A stretch of 63,420 bases of DNA, filler included, from Folioceros fuciformis (lineage: Eukaryota), in NCBI GenBank assembly GCA_049999805.1. It is 6 parts of 6 records of this genome, joined end to end, with 100 filler letters (N's around TTAATTAATTAA, not from the genome) between each part and the next. Parts side by side here need not be neighbours in the genome. Positions count along the whole stretch, not along the records: positions 1 to 9,330 come from JBNGIO010001225.1; positions 9,431 to 21,625 come from JBNGIO010001226.1; 4 more parts are not named here. One strand, written 5' to 3'. This document shows positions 1 to 11,147 of this stretch, piece by piece (positions within the stretch are counted from its first letter, which is position 1; each line of letters begins with the position of its first letter). The notes under the pieces were generated by a model that was not told the DNA's origin, searched no databases, and saw only the letters and a program-made list of their open reading frames with translations. A program made the translations under genes and the position numbers.

Positions 1-548
1 AAGGTGGGCATAACATACATACAACAGAGTTCGGTAAACATCAATTGATTTTAGAACATTGGTAGATGGAGCGAACATTGCATGCCGCAACTAATTTCAC
101 GTAAGTCGGTTCTTATTGGTTCGCACATTGAGACACAGTTGTTTCTTAGTCTTCTGGTGTACAGTATCACATACCTGTCAACCGCTGGGGGGAACAGGAA
201 ATTGAAAAGCAAAGGCGACATAAAGTTGGTGTTTCCTGGATAATAGGTGAAGCGGCGTGCTGAGCACAAGTGTCTTGACAAATGGGCGTTCGAAGCGTAC
301 AAGACGGGCGTACAAAGTCCGAAGGGTGCTGGTGATTTGCTGGAAAATCCCGTACTGTCCAGGTCCCGCCCCCCTTACCAGTACACCGGGGGGTCGTGGA
401 ATTCCCGATTCCTGCTGTCTATGGGAGCAGGAGCGGGAGCACTGCCATCCGGGCCTTGGTCGTTGTGCGCATTCTGGAGCTGGTGCGGCAAGTCCTCAGG
501 TGTTGGTGTGAAAGAACAGTAGAAGGGGGAGCTGCGGCAGGGATCGGG

Positions 549-1880
549 ATGGAGGGGCGCGGAACGGAGCATCGGGATCGGGAGCCGCTGCTGGCTGGGA
601 CTGGGAGGGATGGGGATGTGGAGGAGGAGCAGGATCAGTGCGGGGGCCTGGAGGGCGCCGTGTTCAATCTCTCCACCACGATTGTGGGCGCAGGGATCAT
701 GGCCCTGCCGGCCGCGGTGCGCGTGCTGGGCCTCCCGCTCGGGGTGATGGTCATGCTCTCCGTGGGCTTCCTGTCCGGGAGCGCGGTGGAGATGGTGGTG
801 CGCTTCTGCAGCAAGGTGAACGCGGAGTCGTACGAGGATGTGGTGGGGGCGATCTGCGGGCGGGCTTGGCGGATCGTGACGCAGGTTTCCGTGGCGGTGT
901 TCACCTTGGGGATCCTGGTGTGCTACCTTATCATCATCGCGGACGTGCTGGCGGGATCGAAGGAGCATGCGGGGCTGTTTGAGCAGTGGGCGGGGGGGGA
1001 AGGGTGGTGGTGTTCGCGCCCGCTGGCGATTGTGCTCACCGTGCTGCTGGTGCTGCTGCCGCTGGCCGCGCTCCCGAGGCTGGAGTCGTTGAAGTACTCG
1101 TCGGCCGTGTCGATCGCCCTGGCGCTGCTGTTCGTGGTGCTGGCTGTGGCTGTGACGCTGGTGAAGCTGGCGTGGGGCGAGACGAAGGCGCCCAGGATGC
1201 TGCCTGACTTATCGTCGGCTGCGGCCTGGTACGACCTCTGTGCCGTGGTGCCTATCATGAGCAATGCGTTCATCTGCCACTTCAACGTGCCCCCGATCTA
1301 CCACGAGCAGCGGCACAAGAGCCGGCGGAGCATGGTGAAGGTGGCCAGGCTGTCCCTCGCCTTCTGCACCGTCTTGTATGTCGTCACGGCTGTTTCCTGC
1401 TACCTGCTGTTCGGGGAGGGAACTGCTGCGGACGTCCTCTCCAACTTCGATGCCGACCTCGACGTGCCGTACAGCAGGGCGGTGAACTATGTCATCCGGG
1501 TGGGCTACGTGGTGCACGTCATGCTCGTCTTTCCTGTCATCTTTTTCTCGCTCAGGCTCACCATCGACTCTGCGCTCTTCCCCGAGGCCCGGCCTCTGGC
1601 TGACAGCAGATCTAGGAAGGCTGCGCTCACGCTCCTGCTGCTTGGAATCAGCGTCGCCGGCTCCACGGTCTTCCCGGACATCTGGGTTGCATTCAATTTC
1701 ACAGGGGCCACCACGGGGATGGTCGTGGGCTTCATCCTCCCCGCCATGCTTGCCATCAAGGGTAGGTCCAGTTCGGACCCCGGGGACAGGTTCCAGAGGA
1801 ATTTGGCTTGGATCATGCTGCCCTTGGCCGTCTTCTCGGGCACTATTTCTGTGGTGACAGAGATCCTCAGCCTGATCTGA
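549..1880 (+). CDS. Amino acid transporter, Aa_trans / AVT6 (SNAT-like) family, intronless
   Basis: First ATG of the 396..1880 frame is at 549 (MEGRGTEHRDREPLL). Contains GAVFNLSTTIVGAGIMALP, AFICHFNVPPIY and FTGATTG, with ~11 hydrophobic segments. Confidence 0.92.
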   Translation: MEGRGTEHRDREPLLAGTGRDGDVEEEQDQCGGLEGAVFNLSTTIVGAGIMALPAAVRVLGLPLGVMVMLSVGFLSGSAVEMVVRFCSKVNAESYEDVVGAICGRAWRIVTQVSVAVFTLGILVCYLIIIADVLAGSKEHAGLFEQWAGGEGWWCSRPLAIVLTVLLVLLPLAALPRLESLKYSSAVSIALALLFVVLAVAVTLVKLAWGETKAPRMLPDLSSAAAWYDLCAVVPIMSNAFICHFNVPPIYHEQRHKSRRSMVKVARLSLAFCTVLYVVTAVSCYLLFGEGTAADVLSNFDADLDVPYSRAVNYVIRVGYVVHVMLVFPVIFFSLRLTIDSALFPEARPLADSRSRKAALTLLLLGISVAGSTVFPDIWVAFNFTGATTGMVVGFILPAMLAIKGRSSSDPGDRFQRNLAWIMLPLAVFSGTISVVTEILSLI

Positions 1881-4800
1881 TCTGATGTGATGATGATCAA
1901 GCAGGGTGTTAAATTGTAATTGTAAGGGTATGGGCAATGGTAGAGCCCCACATTTTGCAGGGCAGGGCAGGGCAGGGCAGGGCAGGGCGGAGGTCACCAG
2001 ACCAGGAGCTCATATACAAAAATGCTCCCGCTTGTAGCAGGGGTCCTCGTGATGATCGGAGGACACTATTTCGGTGCTGAGGAGCAGTATTGAGAAGGCT
2101 TGGTCAGCGGAGGTGTCCATCAGCTGTCCATGTACAACATCTTAACAGTCTGTCGAGTCGTGTCACGAATCTACAAGACAAACTATAACATCACGTACTC
2201 GGTTGAAGGATGCACTAAGAGGCGGGTGTAAGGGCGACAGAATCGCTATGGAACCCGAGGCTGCACAGAAAGGTATACGGCTGCTCCCATAGTTCCTACT
2301 CCAAGTACCATGGCCTGAATTCATCAGCCACACGAAGCAGTGAAGCGAGATGGAGGGGGAAGTAACGTCCTCCATGTTGTCCGGGAGGTGTTTTGTCGCT
2401 GCGTTAAAAACACATTACACCATATGCTTGCTGTCTGAAAGTATGGTAGGTAAGTATTACAGTCGAGAACGAATCAGGCCGCGGGCCTGCCTTGGATTTG
2501 TGAAACCAATCATGGATCCAACGTTTTTCTTGACCAGCAACCAGCCTCTCACTCCCATGATCTGATCACCTGGTCTGCTTTGCATCCTTCCACGCGTCTG
2601 CCCTCCAGGAGCTCTTCACTCGCTACAATCGAAAGCTCTCAGAATCAGCCAAGAGTAACAGCCCACGTTGCCATCCACAGGTACAGGGTAGAGGCCAAGG
2701 CAACATCACAGGCCCCAGCCCTGGCCTCGGCGTCCAGCGGCGGCCTCACTCCGACTCGCGACATTCATGTGCACCCCACCAAACCCTCCTCACCTGACAC
2801 TGACTGGCCATCCGCTTCCCTCCTCCTCCACCCATCTCTCAAACTAAACCCCGTTCCTCACACGCTGCCGTTACACACACGACGGCACACTCAGCAGCTA
2901 CTTCCCACCTCCACGTGCGAGCGAGCACCATTCCAACAGTCTCCATCCTGTAGCTGCACGATGTGAGGCCATGCGTGCATTGGGCCTCGAGTCACTGCCC
3001 CTCTCGTGACTTATACGTCGAATGCGGAAGCCATAGATTCCAAGACAAACACAGCTAGAGGGCTGGGAAAGAAGAACCGAAGCCCTTCCTTTTGCCTCCA
3101 CCCAGATGCGGACTGGGATTCCATTCCTCAACCGTCTATACAGCCTATTCCCAGTACGTGCCACTGGAACAACAAGGATGCATCGGATTTGTTGTCGCCA
3201 ATTCTATCCAGCCTTCTTTCCCCTACTGTCTCTCAGCCTCACTGTTCAAGCAACGATCAGGAGCAGCAACAACAGCATCAGCAGCAGGTCACGTGCGGAA
3301 CCCCACCTGGGTAAAAGGCCGGTACTCCACCCCAGACTCCATGGCCCAAGCAATGGACAAAACCCTGAGGTGCCGAGGCATACGTACGTATGTTCCTTCG
3401 GAACAGTCTCCTAAGAGAGTACGGCCCCAACGGACCAGTGTTCGTTGTGGAGTCATGCACACAAAGCCAGCAAACGTACTATACTGTATACACCCAGCCA
3501 AACACCAGGAATATTTTGTTACATATATTCAGTAAAATCCAAATAATGCTACAATAAAATTTATATTTTATTAATATATACCCTTGAGTGGATGTAAGAG
3601 AATATTATGTTAAATAAAATCATTTATTTATTTTTAGGTACATATTAACAAATTGGTGTCATGTCTAGATGTAGCTCTTGGAAGCAAATAATATTTTATT
3701 AGTTCCTTCTTGTGGAAAAGAGCAGGTTCGATCTCCCACCTAATCATACTCACAAATTTTTAAATGTCATATTTTTTTCTTTCTTCTTTTTATTGAAGAA
3801 TGAAATATAAATAGAGGAGTCTCAAACATAGAGACATCATTGACAAGAGGTTTTAAACTCTTCCAAAAAGTCCTCAATTCTTATGAGATGAGATAAATTT
3901 AAATACAATATCATAAAATTCTAACTACTTGATTGCTGTATAATGACATAACAACCTTGTATGGAGAGATAGATGTTGGAAGGGGTAATAATATTTTTAT
4001 TATTTTAGTAGGTATAATATATATAAATCTATAAGAACCGCCTATAACAAGTGTAGTAGAGAGAGCAATAAATAAAGTAGTTCCCCCTTACAGAACTTGA
4101 CCAGGGTTCGATTCCCTTCTATTTATCCCGACACTCTGTCTAGTTTATTATGAATATAGTTATCATCCTTTTTAAGATGGAATGAAATAAAACATTGAGT
4201 TCCAAATATATGCAGATGAGGGATGTGAGCTCCTGACATCCTTCAAATGTGCTCTCCAGACGCGGAGAGGCTGTGTACGTGCACAGCTCCGTTGTCAGAC
4301 AACAAAAAAAAAGTTCCGGGTTTTTACGATACGGATATTTGTGATTCGTCCGACTTGGCCTGTGTGATGACGTGGCTGCTCCTCCCGCACAATGGGCCCT
4401 GGAAGCATCCTCCGTCGTGGTAGGTACAGCGTTTGGCAATAATGTGCGTTCCAAATACATATACCTACGCTACGAATTATTGGGATGCGTCGATGTAGAT
4501 GCATTTGTATGCGTGTAGGCGGTTAACAACTTGGGTACGGTCCTGGTTGTGCGTACTACGTGCGACGTTGTCGGTGAGAGACGACTGGTGGCCGTGGCCC
4601 GGGGCTTCAACGGTCCTGTCCGGATAGGAGCGTCCCAGTTCCCGTTGGCTGAAGAAGATGCTACTACCATCCATGCATCACTGAATGAGAGGTGAAAGGA
4701 GGAAGGAAAGGAGAAGGAGATGGAGAAGGAGGCAGAGAAGGGGTGAGGTGTTGTTCCTGTTCCTGTTCCTGATCGTGATCATGTTACGTTGTTCCCCTGC

Positions 4801-5402
4801 TCCGGCTTCCCCTGGTCATTACCAAAGCTTGGTATCAGTCTACAGTTGAATGCATCAATTTCAGACAAGCTGGAGATGGGAGTGACAGGCGGGCAACAGT
4901 GGAGGCTGGATCGTTGACATTGATGAGCAGCCAAGCGAGTGATCCAAGCTCGACTCCATGGAGTCTCGGCAGAGGCCAGATATGGGCAGGGCAGGGCAGG
5001 GCAGGCACGAAACCCTAGGTTGTGGAGGTAAGTCAGATATGTCTCCCTGGATGAACAGTTGCGAGCTTGTCGGTCTCCTCCCACTCGCCCAGTGTTGTGC
5101 TGTGACTGAACCAGGAATGCAGCTTGCTGCGAGGATGCACATATGTACAGGAGTACATACATTGTTGCCATGTTCGGCGCGGGCAAAGCAGGTACGCGTC
5201 ATTTCATGCTAGGTTCAAACGAGTGGAACATCCACCCGCACCATGAATGCGAGCCCACTGTCCGGTGTCCAGCTTTTGGAAGAGCTTCTGGCCCTGCCAC
5301 TGCCACTGCCACTGCCGCTGCCTCTGCCTGCTCCTGCTTCTGCCCGCTCCTGCTCCCGCTGCTGGTCCATAAATTCTGCTCCTTCCCTCCCGGACGCGGA
5401 GG

Positions 5403-5404
5403 CC

Positions 5405-5458
<54 letters not shown>
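5403..5458 (+). repeat. (CCCGAG)n hexanucleotide microsatellite
   Basis: About nine consecutive CCCGAG units; source of the PEPEPE / ARARAR ORF artefacts. Confidence 0.9.
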
Positions 5459-7598
5459 CTGGAAGTTGTGAGTTCCCCCCTCTCCAGGCTTCAACAATCA
5501 AAACGCCTTGAGAGAGCGGCAACCGTACAAGTCCTGCGCCTGCACGACGCCTGCGCGAGCTCGTCCCGGCCTCGCCTCCTCCATCTGCGTGTGGACAAGT
5601 GCGAGTATCGAGGCGGGGAAAGCGCCTGCTTCTCTGCCACTCCGGCCTGCTCTGGCTCTGGCTCTGCCACTGCCCCTGCCTCTGCCATTGCCGGCCGGGC
5701 AGCCGGGGCCCGCCCGATTAGGGCTAGGTCAAGCGCTGGCACTCTCCTACACCACACCACCCGTAGGCTCTATGCATGTTCCATTCCTCTGCCTGATAAG
5801 ATGGTGGCCTGGCCTGGCCTGACCAAGGCTGGGCTGGATGCACCATGCAAGAGCGGAAAGGCGGAGGAAGAAAGACAGACGAACGAAAAAGGCAGGCAGG
5901 CCCACTGCCACCAGCATGCATGGACATGCTGATGCCCATGGCACAGCTTCCCGCGTCCTTTTGCAATTTTCCATAAATGCGGCGGTTGCCTCAGAATAAT
6001 CGCCCGCGAATCTCTCTCTCCTCCCGTCGTGTCCCGATTCCCGGGGAGTGCGCCCCGACCGGGACCGGGGCCGGTCTCCGGTCACCAGGGTTGTCCGGAC
6101 CAGGTCTCACATTCCGGGCCGGAGCGTGGTTCAGCACGACACGCGATTCTTGCTGATGGCCAAGACGACACCCACTGGACAGCCCGCGTGCCTCGGCCTC
6201 TCTTTCCTCCATTTCCTGAGCCGTGCGTTGCATTTTTAGTGCATTGCATGCATACACGCTCTTGGTTGCCTGGTCATTCTATGGCCACATCCCACCTACG
6301 CCGTAAATACACCCACGATATGCGATGCAAATCCGATCTTCCCTCCCCTGCACGGCGTGGTCCGCTGCCCTAGGTTGCCGTCTCTACACTGGACGCGTCG
6401 TCCTCTTCTGCACCATCGCCACTCCCCGCCTGCCCGGTTGATGATAAGCAACCCTCCTTGTCCATATTGTGTTGTGTTGGAGCAGTGTGTGTGACTGTGT
6501 GACGACCATGGCTGCCTCGCGGAAAGCGCTCTGACAAGGTCTTTCCCACCCAGTGGGACCACAACGGACGCGCTGCAGCCTGCACCTTGCTCCACCGCTC
6601 TCTCTGCTTCCACCGTCCCGGACGGCTCCCCCTGCATACAGTACCTTGTTTCGCTAACCTGCACTCGTGTACCTAGCTGGATTGCATTTTGCTGTTACTG
6701 CTGCTGGCGGGCCCTTGTTGTTGTTGTTGAGTTCAAGCGGCCCGCTTCGGGCCTCGGATGCCTGTGCATCTCCGCCGACACGGCTATGCTGCGCTGTTCT
6801 CTTCTGTGCTGTGCTGAGCTCTTCTTGTTGCTGTTGAGGCTGCCGTTGTCTTTGCCGTTGCTCTTCGCTGTTGCGGGTGCTCAAGTAGAGACATTCCGAG
6901 AGAGAGATTACAGTGTCCAATAATATACTGCAGGAGGTACACTGGTCGGCGGCCTCGCCAGCCTGCTCGTCTCTGCCTCTTCCCTCTTGTCGCTTGTTGG
7001 GCCTTCCCCTTCCCTTCCCCATCGCCATCGCCACTGGCTGCCCTTCTCTCTCTCCTCCCGTTTCCGAATCCTGGGCAGCTGCAGGCGCGTGTGCCAGCCA
7101 ACGGCGGGGGTGGTGCCCGGGTTTCGCCACCTGTTAGGTTTTGCACACGCTAATCCATTGCACCGCGGCCTCGCCTCCTCCTTTTCGTCCTCCTCCATCT
7201 CCTCCTCCTTTGTTGTTGCTGTTGCTGTTATCCCGTAGCAAGCTTCTTGGAGAACGGGAATGTGAAGAATCGTGTGCACGCACACTTTCCTCTGGGAATT
7301 GTTTCCCGAATCTTCTTGCAACCGGCTGCTTCTGCCGGCCAGCCATCCAGCCACCGTGTGTGTGTGTGTGTGTGTGTGTGTGCACTGCGCCACCGCTCTC
7401 GCTTTCGGTTGCCCTGCTTTGCTTGTCTTTGCTTGCACTGCTTTGGCGCTTCCCCACGCATTCTGTCGTTGGCGGAGTCGGAGTCGGAGTCGGGCCAGGC
7501 CTTCCACGGGAGCGGGGTGGAGGGGAGAGGAGAGGGTACCGGAAGGGAAGTGAAGTGAAGGAAAGGAAAGGTGGAGAGGGAGACAGGGCTCTGGTTCG

Positions 7599-8121
7599 AT
7601 GCGGAAAATTTTCCCTCTCAAGCCAGCTTCTTCGCGGTCCAATGGAGGTGGCCCGCAATCGGCGTCTGGGGATGCTGCTTCCTCCAGGAAAGAACGGGAG
7701 ACTATCACCAAGCAGAGGCGCTTCAGCTTTCAGGACAAGGTAGAGGCTGTTCCCGCCAACGCCAATTCTGATTCTGCGCTCTCGCACTCGCACGAAGACG
7801 GTGCCGCTGCTCGCCTGAAGCGGGAGCATTGGTGCCCGGTGTGCCCCGCCCCCGGCGCTGATGTGACCTGCGCCACGCCTCCCAGCGGCGATGAAAATTT
7901 TGCCGCGCTCGAAGAAATTAAGACCTTGGTGGTGGCAAAGAATGAGGCGGCAGAGTTGTCGTTTCTTCACTCGCACGGGCTCAGCCACAGGACTTTCTCC
8001 GACTCCTCCTCCACCTCCTCCTCGGAGGTGATCAAAGGCGTCCTCAAGCCTCTGTCTTGGAAGGGGAATGAGGGCCAGGGGCTCGGGCCTGGGCCTGCGC
8101 AGCCCCGCTTCAACCACCACC

Positions 8122-8170
<49 letters not shown>

Positions 8171-9330
8171 CGTTGCTCCACTTCCCGCTCCCTCTTCCAG
8201 GTTTGGAACGCGACGCTCCTAACACTGGTTATTTACCTTGCGTGTGCTGTGCACGGGAACAGAACATGACTGTCCTGCTGTTTTGCTGTCTGCCATGGAG
8301 TGCATGCAGTTGCTTTTTAGTTAGTACAGCATTCGGCACCTTGCGCACCGCAATTGCCTGATGACGCTGGGCTACGGATTTCTTGCTCCTCTTGGTATGT
8401 GCTCACCATCGCTGGTCTTGCCATGGACTGTGTGAGCAGGCTGCACGCCCCTCCTTTGAGTACGCAGGAGGGAGGGGACAGGCGGAGCAGCAGCAGAGGC
8501 AAAATGCTGCCGGCTCCTCTTAGGTCCAGCAGCGCCCCAAGGGTGCGGCACCAACCGAGCCACCACGCAGACCAGCAGCAGCAGCAGCTCTCTTCCTTGC
8601 GCCACAGTTCCATGCGCCTGGCCAAGGTGCCCGATAGGGTTTTTCAGGCCTCTTCGTTGGAGGAGGACAGGGCGGAGGAGGCGCAGCTTGGTAGCCACGA
8701 GGTCGTGCTGCTGCAGCGCCCGCCCGGGAGGCGAGAGAAAGAGCAGAAGCCCGCCACCGACACCAGCACCGCGAACTCGTTGAGGACCAGATTGCAGCAC
8801 CGGCAAGCGGACGGGGATGGCTGCCGCTCGGACCCCCATTCGGCGGAGCGCTCCTCCTCCGGGTCCATGCACGCCCGCTCCAGGAGCGAGAGCGAGTGGC
8901 TGCCGTCCCCGGCGGTTTCGCCCAGGGCGGTCTCCTCCAAGCATTCCGAAAAGCCGCACTCGCGGTATCTCAGTGCGCGGACCGTGGCTGAGAGGCTGGC
9001 AAAGGCCATCAGGGGGAGCACCAGATCTTGGTCTAAGGACGTGAAGGCATTGGTGCCAGCGTCGGACAATGCGGAGCTGAATCGCAAGGTGGGAGATGAG
9101 GAAATTTCGTCTCGGAGTAAGGATGGCGAGCCGGAGCAGGAACAGGAGCCGGATCAGAGCTGTTCTACGGGCACCACGGATTCCACCACGCGGATGCCGC
9201 CTTCTGCTGGAGGCTCGGCTTCTGCGGAGGAGGAGTGTGAGGAGCAGACCCTGCTTGTGGACTCCAAGACGTCTCAAGATTGGCTGGATTCCAGCTCCGA
9301 CAGCCGGGGTGGTCGGTCGCAGACTCCCGA
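7599..9330 (+). CDS. Possible low-complexity hypothetical protein, probably spliced (7599..~8200 plus ~8330..gap), 3'-truncated by assembly spacer
   Basis: Two long adjacent plus-strand open frames (7599..8222 with poly-Asn from (AAC)n; 8354..9330) with S/E/R-rich composition, separated by a T-rich intron-like stretch. No recognisable domain; I could not resolve an in-frame splice. Confidence 0.4.
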
Positions 9331-9430
9331 NNNNNNNNNNNNNNNNNNNNNNNNNNNNNNNNNNNNNNNNNNNNTTAATTAATTAANNNNNNNNNNNNNN
9401 NNNNNNNNNNNNNNNNNNNNNNNNNNNNNN
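9331..9430. other. Assembly spacer (N44-TTAATTAATTAA-N44)
   Basis: 100-nt N run with a six-frame stop linker; artificial. Confidence 0.98.
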
Positions 9431-10487
9431 AAGCGGTGGCTAGTACTCTGGCTGACCCACGCGGCGTTTCCAACGCCGCGTTCTGTTGCACAAAGCCGGA
9501 GCGTGATGACCGGAGGCGGGATGAAGGGGCCGACGCGAGCGCAGCCTCCATCTCATCTGCCTCTTGAATCGTGGGCTCCCAAGACTTGCCGTCGCTTCAC
9601 CTGTTTCGTCGGTTTATCCTCAATCCAAGGACCACATTCGTTCGTTCCCTCTGTTCGTCCCTTTCTTGCTTCTGTTGGAACGACGAATTTATGGCTGGTA
9701 ACTCGCGTCGGGAAAACTCACAACGGTGTGGTTTGTGGAAGGTGACGATGGGTGTGATCTCACACGCTGTCAACAACACCTAGAATGGCGTAGTTTTCTG
9801 AGCACTCTGAAGGAAGCATATTCACTTCCATCACCTAGCAAATTGGTAGTAAGAGCTAAACATAGAGAGACAGCCCACTACAACAACACACTCACAAGAC
9901 GTAAAACCAAGTATGCCAAGAAGAAGGGAAGGGAAGAGGAGGCACGAGCGAGGGGAGCTTTAGGACCTGATACAGGGAACGAGGATGGGAGGAAATTGGC
10001 ATGGGGCAGAGCATGACACTCCACCAGCTGGTTGTTGGAGGACCAGAAGGAAGCAATGTGACAGTCGCAGATGGTGCAGGAGGGCTAAAAGGGCAGCTAC
10101 TGCCGATGGGCCCGACCTGGAGGCCGACGGTGTAAGACTTAAAGTTGCTGATACCGTAGTTGGGAGGTGGGTCGATGAGCTGGAATTCCACCAGATTGGC
10201 CGGATTCCTGTCGGGGTTGCCTACGTGCACCAGGCACTGCCTTCTCAACGACGCCCACACTGCTGCCGCTGCCAACTGCAAGCCCGCCCGAAGGCGAGGA
10301 ACTGCAATTGCCTGGATTCCAACTGGTACTGATACATGGGGTGGGGGTAAGATGTTCCGCACATTCACGTACATCGCAACCTCCGGCAGATGACAACGTA
10401 CAATAGAGATGGTCTGGGCCAAATCCAAGTTCCAGCGAGATGAGTAAGCCAAATCAATGGTGCAGTGACAGAAATTCGTTGTTTACC

Positions 10488-10750
10488 GGTTTGAATAGTC
10501 TGAATTCACAATAGTCATTGTAATGCACAATCATCAGCCACGGCTTTCTAAACAACGAGTTTGAATGGTCTGAATTCACAAAAGTGATTGTGCATTCAAC
10601 GAGTTCAACGAGTTTGAATGGTCTGAATTGTACAGTGATTGTGCCTTCAACGAGTTTGAATGGTCTGAATTGTACAGTGATTGTGCCTTCAACGAGTTTG
10701 AATAGTCTGAATTCACAATAGTCATTGTAATGCACAATCATCAGCCACAG
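10488..10750. repeat. 42-bp minisatellite bracketed by a ~55-bp direct duplication
   Basis: Unit AACGAGTTTGAATGGTCTGAATTGTACAGTGATTGTGCCTTC in ~3 copies; GTTTGAATAGTCTGAATTCACAATAGTCATTGTAATGCACAATCATCAGCCAC occurs at both ends. Confidence 0.85.
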
Positions 10751-10935
10751 CTTTCAAGAGGCGCATGCATACACATTGCATATGCATTGCTCCTCTCATG
10801 ACCGTGCCACGCCTAGGGTCCCGACCAAAAATCAAAAAGGCGCATGCATACACACATTGCTTCTCTCATGAGAGTGCCTCGCCTTGTGTCCCGACCAAAA
10901 ATCAAATATTCATGTGCCATAAAATATTGAATCAT

Positions 10936-11006
10936 TGCACCGGCCGGGAATCGAACCCGGGTCTGTACCGTGGCAGGGTACTACTCTACCACTAGACCAC
11001 CGGTGC
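10936..11006 (-). tRNA. trnG-GCC: tRNA-Gly (anticodon GCC)
   Basis: Reverse complement GCACCGGTGGTCTAGTGGTAGAGTAGTACCCTGCCACGGTACAGACCCGGGTTCGATTCCCGGCCGGTGCA: 7-bp acceptor stem, box A, GCC anticodon loop, box B GGTTCGATTCC, downstream T-runs. Confidence 0.97.
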
Positions 11007-11147
11007 ACATGCTGACAGCATGAGTACATTTTTATTATAATAAATACTTCTGCAACTTTCATACTCGACAATGCGCCGGATTTGACAGTCCAATCTTTAT
11101 GCGCAGGTATCCAATGTGTATGTAATTCTAACGCCTCTCAAACCATG

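Noticed and set aside
396-548. N-terminal extension of the amino acid transporter
   Set aside because: GTG start from the ORF caller; the first in-frame ATG is at 549.
375-1997. Long antisense ORFs over the transporter (and similarly over DELLA and 7134..9277)
   Set aside because: Shadow frames caused by high GC at third codon positions.
2049-2084. C/D snoRNA-like GTGATGA...CTGA with short terminal stem
   Set aside because: Only ~30 nt from box C to box D, too short for a C/D snoRNA.
5143-5932. ORFs with PEPEPE / ARARAR / LGLGLG repeats
   Set aside because: Explained by GC-rich microsatellites that keep all frames open; no domain evidence.
10488-10750. Possible CRISPR-like array
   Set aside because: Units are contiguous with no unique spacers, there are no cas genes, and the context is eukaryotic; it is a minisatellite.
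10860-10935. tRNA-Gly-snoRNA dicistron (snoR43-like)
   Set aside because: ATGATT after the tRNA is not a proper box C, and no CTGA box D occurs before the T5 terminator.
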